From IMG/VR virus record IMGVR_UViG_3300044638_009648: a stretch of DNA of 64,000 nucleotides. The stretch is one strand, 5' to 3'. Under the pieces are notes generated by a model. That model saw only the letters and a list, made by a program, of their open reading frames with translations. It was not told where the DNA came from and did no database searches. Origin of the DNA: a virus. Taxonomy: Duplodnaviria > Heunggongvirae > Uroviricota > Caudoviricetes. Below are positions 60,014 to 64,000 of the stretch, piece after piece; the first letter of the stretch is position 1, and every line of letters starts with the position of its first letter. Made by a program: the position numbers and the translations under genes.

Positions 60014-61103
60014 AAAATACGATTTTGTTATTGTAGGTTCTGGATTTTTTGGGGCAACATGTGCTTATGAACTTTCTAAAAAGTACAAGTGTTTAGTAAT
60101 CGACAAACGTTCTCACGTTGGTGGTAATTGTTACACTGAAAATTTAGAGGACATCCACATCCATAAGTATGGTGCTCACATTTTCCACACTTCAAATAAA
60201 GAAATTTGGGATTGGGTAAATCAATTTGCAGAATTTAAGCAGTTTGTTAACTCTCCAATTGCAAATTATAATGGCGAGCTTTATTCTCTCCCTTTTAACA
60301 TGTGGACCTTTTACCAACTTTGGGGTGTAAAAACTGCTGAAGAAGCTAAAGCTAAAATAGAAAGTCAAAAGTATACTGGTACAATAACTAATCTTGAGGA
60401 GCAAGCCCGAAGCATGGTTGGTGATGACATATACTACAAGCTTATAAAAGGTTATACTGAAAAACAATGGGGAAAAAAATGTACGGAACTTCCAGCGTCT
60501 ATTATAAAAAGATTACCTGTAAGATTTACTTGGGATAATAATTACTTTAACGACAAGTATCAGGGAATTCCAATCGGTGGGTACACTCAGATTTTCGAAA
60601 AATTACTTTCTGGAATAGAAACTCACCTCAACGTAGATTTTTTTGAAAAGAGAAATTACTATGAGTCCATCGCCCACAAGATTATTTATACTGGACCAAT
60701 TGACCAGTTCTTTGATTATGAATTTGGAAGATTGGAATATAGGAGTTTGCGGTGGGAAAATACATACATTTATACTGACAGTTTTCAAGGTCACCCTGTT
60801 GTTAATTACACTGACGAGCAAACTCCATTTACCAGGATATTAGAGCATAAGTTTTTTGATTATCAAAATCAAAAACGAAGTTATGTGAGTAAAGAATTTC
60901 CTTGTGATTATACTGGAGATAATGAACCTTACTATCCGATTAGAGATAATCACAACGTAGAGGTTTATCAAAAGTATAAAGAGCTTGCAGAAAAAAAATC
61001 TCAATATCTATTTGGCGGTAGGTTAGGAACTTATGCTTATTACGACATGCATCAGGTTATTGCCCAAGCATTAAATACGGTTAGTAAGCTGACTCAAACT
61101 TAA
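59991..61103 (+). CDS. glf: UDP-galactopyranose mutase
   Basis: FAD-binding YDFVIVGSGFFGATCAYEL ... VIDKRSHVGGNCYTE ... IHKYGAHIFHT and overall colinearity with Glf. Confidence 0.88.
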   Translation: MLSLISNKKYDFVIVGSGFFGATCAYELSKKYKCLVIDKRSHVGGNCYTENLEDIHIHKYGAHIFHTSNKEIWDWVNQFAEFKQFVNSPIANYNGELYSLPFNMWTFYQLWGVKTAEEAKAKIESQKYTGTITNLEEQARSMVGDDIYYKLIKGYTEKQWGKKCTELPASIIKRLPVRFTWDNNYFNDKYQGIPIGGYTQIFEKLLSGIETHLNVDFFEKRNYYESIAHKIIYTGPIDQFFDYEFGRLEYRSLRWENTYIYTDSFQGHPVVNYTDEQTPFTRILEHKFFDYQNQKRSYVSKEFPCDYTGDNEPYYPIRDNHNVEVYQKYKELAEKKSQYLFGGRLGTYAYYDMHQVIAQALNTVSKLTQT

Positions 61104-61377
61104 TGTCTGTGGCGCACAGAGTATCTTTGCTTATTAAAGATATTGTCTTGCTGATGGTTTGTGTAATAATGTTGGATATTGCGCCTTGATTTACCTCAGG
61201 GTTTTTTGTTACGACATTAACACCATAAACCCAGTCGCACATAGCGGTCTTAATTGGCGCACTAAAAATAAATGTAAGAGTAATTGAATCTACTTCATTC
61301 AACGAAGAATTATTTTTCAAAAGATTTGACAAAATCTTTTCTACAGATTTTTTCATTATCAAATTTTTGTCTGCCAC
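61081..61377 (-). CDS. Hypothetical protein (minus strand); possible GTG start
   Basis: ORF only. Confidence 0.25.
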   Translation of the reverse strand: MADKNLIMKKSVEKILSNLLKNNSSLNEVDSITLTFIFSAPIKTAMCDWVYGVNVVTKNPEVNQGAISNIITQTISKTISLISKDTLCATDIKFESAY

Positions 61378-61437
61378 TTTGCATAATTTTCTACAAATAT
61401 AAATACTTTGTTTGTTGTTTACATAAAAATTTTTTTA

Positions 61438-61452
61438 TATCTTTGAACTATG
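61438..61452 (+). promoter_or_regulatory. TATCTTTG-N4-ATG promoter/start arrangement
   Basis: Motif at 61438-61445, ATG at 61450 (umuD-like). Confidence 0.5.
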
Positions 61453-61767
61453 AATTTTGTAGAAGCAGCACTTAAAATAAAAGCTCAGACAACTGGATTT
61501 GCCTCACCGGCAGAAAGCTACGTGGACAAACGATTAGACCTCAACGATTTAATCGTTAGGGATGCGTATTCTACTTTTTATTTTAGATATAAGGGACCCA
61601 AAACTCTTGGTGTTGAAACCGATGATGTGTTGGTAATTGACAGGTCAATTCAACCTGAGATTGGAGATTTAGTTGTATTGACGGATAAATTATGTTTTAA
61701 AATCAGACCCTACGAAGGTCAAACCAATCTTTGGGGTAAAGTTTCGTGGGTTTTAAAGAAAAAATAA
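61450..61767 (+). CDS. umuD: UmuD-like protein (peptidase S24 fold) apparently lacking the catalytic Ser and the Cys/Ala-Gly cleavage site
   Basis: GFASPAESYVDKRLDLNDL versus E. coli GFPSPAADYVEQRIDLNQL. ASGDSM is replaced by YKGPKT, and the cleavage-site CG by TG (hand alignment). Confidence 0.65.
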   Translation: MNFVEAALKIKAQTTGFASPAESYVDKRLDLNDLIVRDAYSTFYFRYKGPKTLGVETDDVLVIDRSIQPEIGDLVVLTDKLCFKIRPYEGQTNLWGKVSWVLKKK

Positions 61768-62011
61768 TATGGTTGTTATTGGAATTATTATTATCTTACT
61801 CTTGATTGAGATAAATCATAATGTAAAAAAATCAAATGAAAAAAATTCTAGATAAATTTGACCAAATCAGATTGGGTCACAAACTACATCAGTTGCAAAA
61901 ACGTCACAATCGAGCTGAAATGAATGGTTATGGTGATAAGTTAGAAATTTATACTCGTAGAATTGAGGAAATTCAAGAAAAGCTTCGACACATTAAAAGT
62001 GATAAACACTA

Positions 62012-63214
62012 ATGAATCGGAAAATTGGAATTATTGATTGCGATTCATTTTATGTGAGTTGCGAGAGAGTATTTAATCCAGTATCAATCGGTAGACCAAC
62101 AGTGGTTCTTTCAAATAACGACGGTTGTGTAATCGCTCGTAGTAAAGAAGCCAAAGCACTTGGTATTAAAATGGGTGAACCCTTCTTTCAAAAAAAGGAT
62201 TTTATGGAAGAGCATCGCTTTTGTGTTTATTCTTCAAACTACAATCTATATGGTGATATCTCAGACAGAGTTATGGCTGTCATTAAGGAGTTTGCTAGAG
62301 AGGTTGAGGTATATTCTATTGATGAAGCGTTTGTTGATTTTTCAAATATTCAAGATAAAGACCTTAAACATACTTTAGAGGTTATCCGAGAACAGGTTTG
62401 GCAGAGAGTTGGAATTCCGGTTTCAATAGGAGTTGGTCCTAACAAAACATTAGCTAAATTAACTTCACATATTGCAAAACAACAACCATCCTATCATGGA
62501 ATATGTAGTTATTGGGAGTTTGATAACTTTAGGAACGACCTTTATGAAATACCTTTAGAAGAAATATGGGGAATTGGTAGAAAATGGACTAAAAAATTCA
62601 AAGAGATTGGGGTTGAATCGATTGGTCAATTTGTTATGTTAAGTGATAATCACGTTAGAAAAATAACAAATGTTAATGGTGTCCGAGCTAAAGCCGAAAT
62701 ACTAGGCATGTATTGTCACCCAGTAAGGCCCATACCAAAGTTTAAAAGAAACATTGCATCAACACGTTCTTTTGGGCAAGACGTGGAAAACTTAAATGAA
62801 ATTGAGCAAGCAATGTATTCTTATATTCAGAATGGTGTAAGAAAGCTGGAAGAGAATGGTGCTGAAACTAATCGTGTGACAATATTTGTAAACGGCAACG
62901 TAAACAAAGGAGACAATCATTTTGCTTCCAAACAATTCAACCTTCAAAGCCAAACCAAAAACACGATTGAAATTTGGAGTCAAGTACATCCTTACTTAAA
63001 AGATTTGTTTCGGACTGGAAACAAATATAAAAAGTGTGGAATAATTTTTCACAATTTAGTTCCGGAAAACCAATACCAGACATCTTTATTTTCCCAAGAA
63101 ATAGAGCCAGTAAAGCCACCGTTATTTAATAGTATGAAGTGGGAGATGAAACAAGATTTTAAAACTCAACACTATACAACTTCCTGGGATGAAATTCCTG
63201 AGGTTTTTGTTTAA
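62012..63214 (+). CDS. umuC: Y-family translesion DNA polymerase UmuC
   Basis: [19 protein letters not shown] ... [29 protein letters not shown] is near-identical in pattern to the UmuC N-terminus. Confidence 0.85.
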   Translation: MNRKIGIIDCDSFYVSCERVFNPVSIGRPTVVLSNNDGCVIARSKEAKALGIKMGEPFFQKKDFMEEHRFCVYSSNYNLYGDISDRVMAVIKEFAREVEVYSIDEAFVDFSNIQDKDLKHTLEVIREQVWQRVGIPVSIGVGPNKTLAKLTSHIAKQQPSYHGICSYWEFDNFRNDLYEIPLEEIWGIGRKWTKKFKEIGVESIGQFVMLSDNHVRKITNVNGVRAKAEILGMYCHPVRPIPKFKRNIASTRSFGQDVENLNEIEQAMYSYIQNGVRKLEENGAETNRVTIFVNGNVNKGDNHFASKQFNLQSQTKNTIEIWSQVHPYLKDLFRTGNKYKKCGIIFHNLVPENQYQTSLFSQEIEPVKPPLFNSMKWEMKQDFKTQHYTTSWDEIPEVFV

Positions 63215-63246
63215 AATGTTGTGATATTTATAGAAATAATTTTGTT

Positions 63247-63981
63247 ATGAAAAAAGTTTTACGAGAGGAAATTGAAAAACAAAAAAGATTGATGAATATT
63301 AGAGAACAAAGTAGTATTGTTGATTACATTGTCTCTAGTCTGGGTTCGATTTTTTCCTCTGATGAAGAAGGAAAGGTAAAAGAAAAAAAAGAAAAAGAAA
63401 AACCGATACAAGCTTTTTCAACTGTCTTTAAAGAAATTATTGATAATATAGAAGGTGGGTATTATCACCCAAACATGGTTAAAGATGGTAGGTTATCTAA
63501 AAAAGGTGGTATGGGTGATTCCGGAGAAACTATGTTTGGAATTGATAGAAAACATGGTGGTGACTTGAATAAATCAATATATGGGCAAAACTTTTGGAGT
63601 ATTATTGACAAATCAGGTGCCAAAAAAAAATGGCCTTGGAATTATAGGGGGGGACAGTATGAAGCAAGATTAGTCAACCTTGCAACGAGTATAATGAGTG
63701 ATGCCTACCAAACGTACTCAAGGAGATACTTAACCTCAGAGGCCAAAAATATTGTAGACAGAGATAAAGGACTTTTGCTCCACATGGGTTATGCTGCATG
63801 GAATGGGCCAGGTTGGTTTAAAAAATTCGCAAACTCAATAAACCAGGAAGTCGAAAGGAAAGTAAAAGACCCAAAAAAACTTTTCAAAAAAGGTCTCGAA
63901 GATAGAAAGAACTCAGGTTCTGCTACAATAAGTAATTCTGCTGAAAAAATCAAAAAAATTTTAGGAAATACTTCTGTTTAA
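63247..63981 (+). CDS. GH108-like lysozyme/muramidase (putative)
   Basis: IEGGYYHPNMVKDGRLSKKGGMGDSGETMFGID matches the GH108 N-terminal motif (EGGY ... DPGG.T.yGI). Confidence 0.5.
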   Translation: MKKVLREEIEKQKRLMNIREQSSIVDYIVSSLGSIFSSDEEGKVKEKKEKEKPIQAFSTVFKEIIDNIEGGYYHPNMVKDGRLSKKGGMGDSGETMFGIDRKHGGDLNKSIYGQNFWSIIDKSGAKKKWPWNYRGGQYEARLVNLATSIMSDAYQTYSRRYLTSEAKNIVDRDKGLLLHMGYAAWNGPGWFKKFANSINQEVERKVKDPKKLFKKGLEDRKNSGSATISNSAEKIKKILGNTSV

Positions 63982-64000
63982 TTATTTTCTGTAATACTGT

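Noticed and set aside
1-64000. Eukaryotic giant-virus origin (collagen-like proteins, eukaryote-like GSII, N-terminal Gly-Cys peptide)
   Set aside because: The sigma-70 factor, umuDC, the SbcCD-type nuclease, the T7-lysozyme-type amidase, rho-independent terminators and the TAnnTTTG promoter motif all indicate a bacteriophage of a Bacteroidetes-like host.

Overview
This window reads as an AT-rich double-stranded DNA phage genome segment, probably a large phage of a Bacteroidetes-type host; almost every gene is on the + strand. The host inference rests on three observations: recurring TAnnTTTG -7-type promoter motifs placed 4 nt before ATG codons, no Shine-Dalgarno sequences, and a Bacteroidetes-style histone H1-like gene.

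Modules, in order along the window:
- 1-4500: modular PT-linker and large structural-type proteins.
- 3.9-12.4 kb: recombination and replication genes — RuvC-like resolvase, zinc-finger/TOPRIM primase, PD-(D/E)XK nuclease, and SbcD and SbcC separated by inserted genes.
- about 13 kb: a phage-encoded sigma-70 family factor.
- 13.8-21.4 kb: membrane and unknown genes, a T7-lysozyme-like amidase and the histone H1-like gene.
- 21.4-27 kb: a complete DnaJ, two paralogous leucine-rich-repeat proteins and a DUF932-like protein.
- 27.3-29.8 kb: a 542-aa protein, a thioredoxin and a glutaredoxin-like protein.
- 29.9-40.8 kb: three tandem giant collagen-like (Gly-X-Y) fibre genes, each ending in a peptidase S74 intramolecular-chaperone domain.
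- 44.6-46.5 kb: a eukaryote-like type II glutamine synthetase followed by a spermidine-synthase-like protein.
- 47.8-50.6 kb: an RNA repair cassette of Rnl1-like ligase, metallophosphoesterase and polynucleotide kinase.
- 51.9-54.7 kb: SPFH, peptidoglycan-binding domain, DUF192 and Nudix proteins.
- 54.9-55.86 kb: a GC-rich ORF-free block — a candidate tRNA-Met(CAU) followed by about 0.9 kb of candidate structured non-coding RNA, bounded by intrinsic terminators.
- 56.3-57.6 kb: a cysteine-rich CxxCxGxG zinc-finger protein (minus strand) and a small Cys-containing protein.
- 57.6-61.1 kb: two GT2 glycosyltransferases and a UDP-galactopyranose mutase.
- 61.4-63.2 kb: umuD-like and umuC genes.
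- 63.2-64 kb: a GH108-like lysozyme.

The findings I rate highest are the roughly 11 kb collagen-like fibre triplet, the GC-rich RNA block, the leaderless TAnnTTTG-N4-ATG promoter set, the GSII/aminopropyltransferase-like pair, the LRR-fused paralog family, and the UmuD-like protein lacking its catalytic serine. All calls are made by eye from the sequence and ORF track; no database searches were run.
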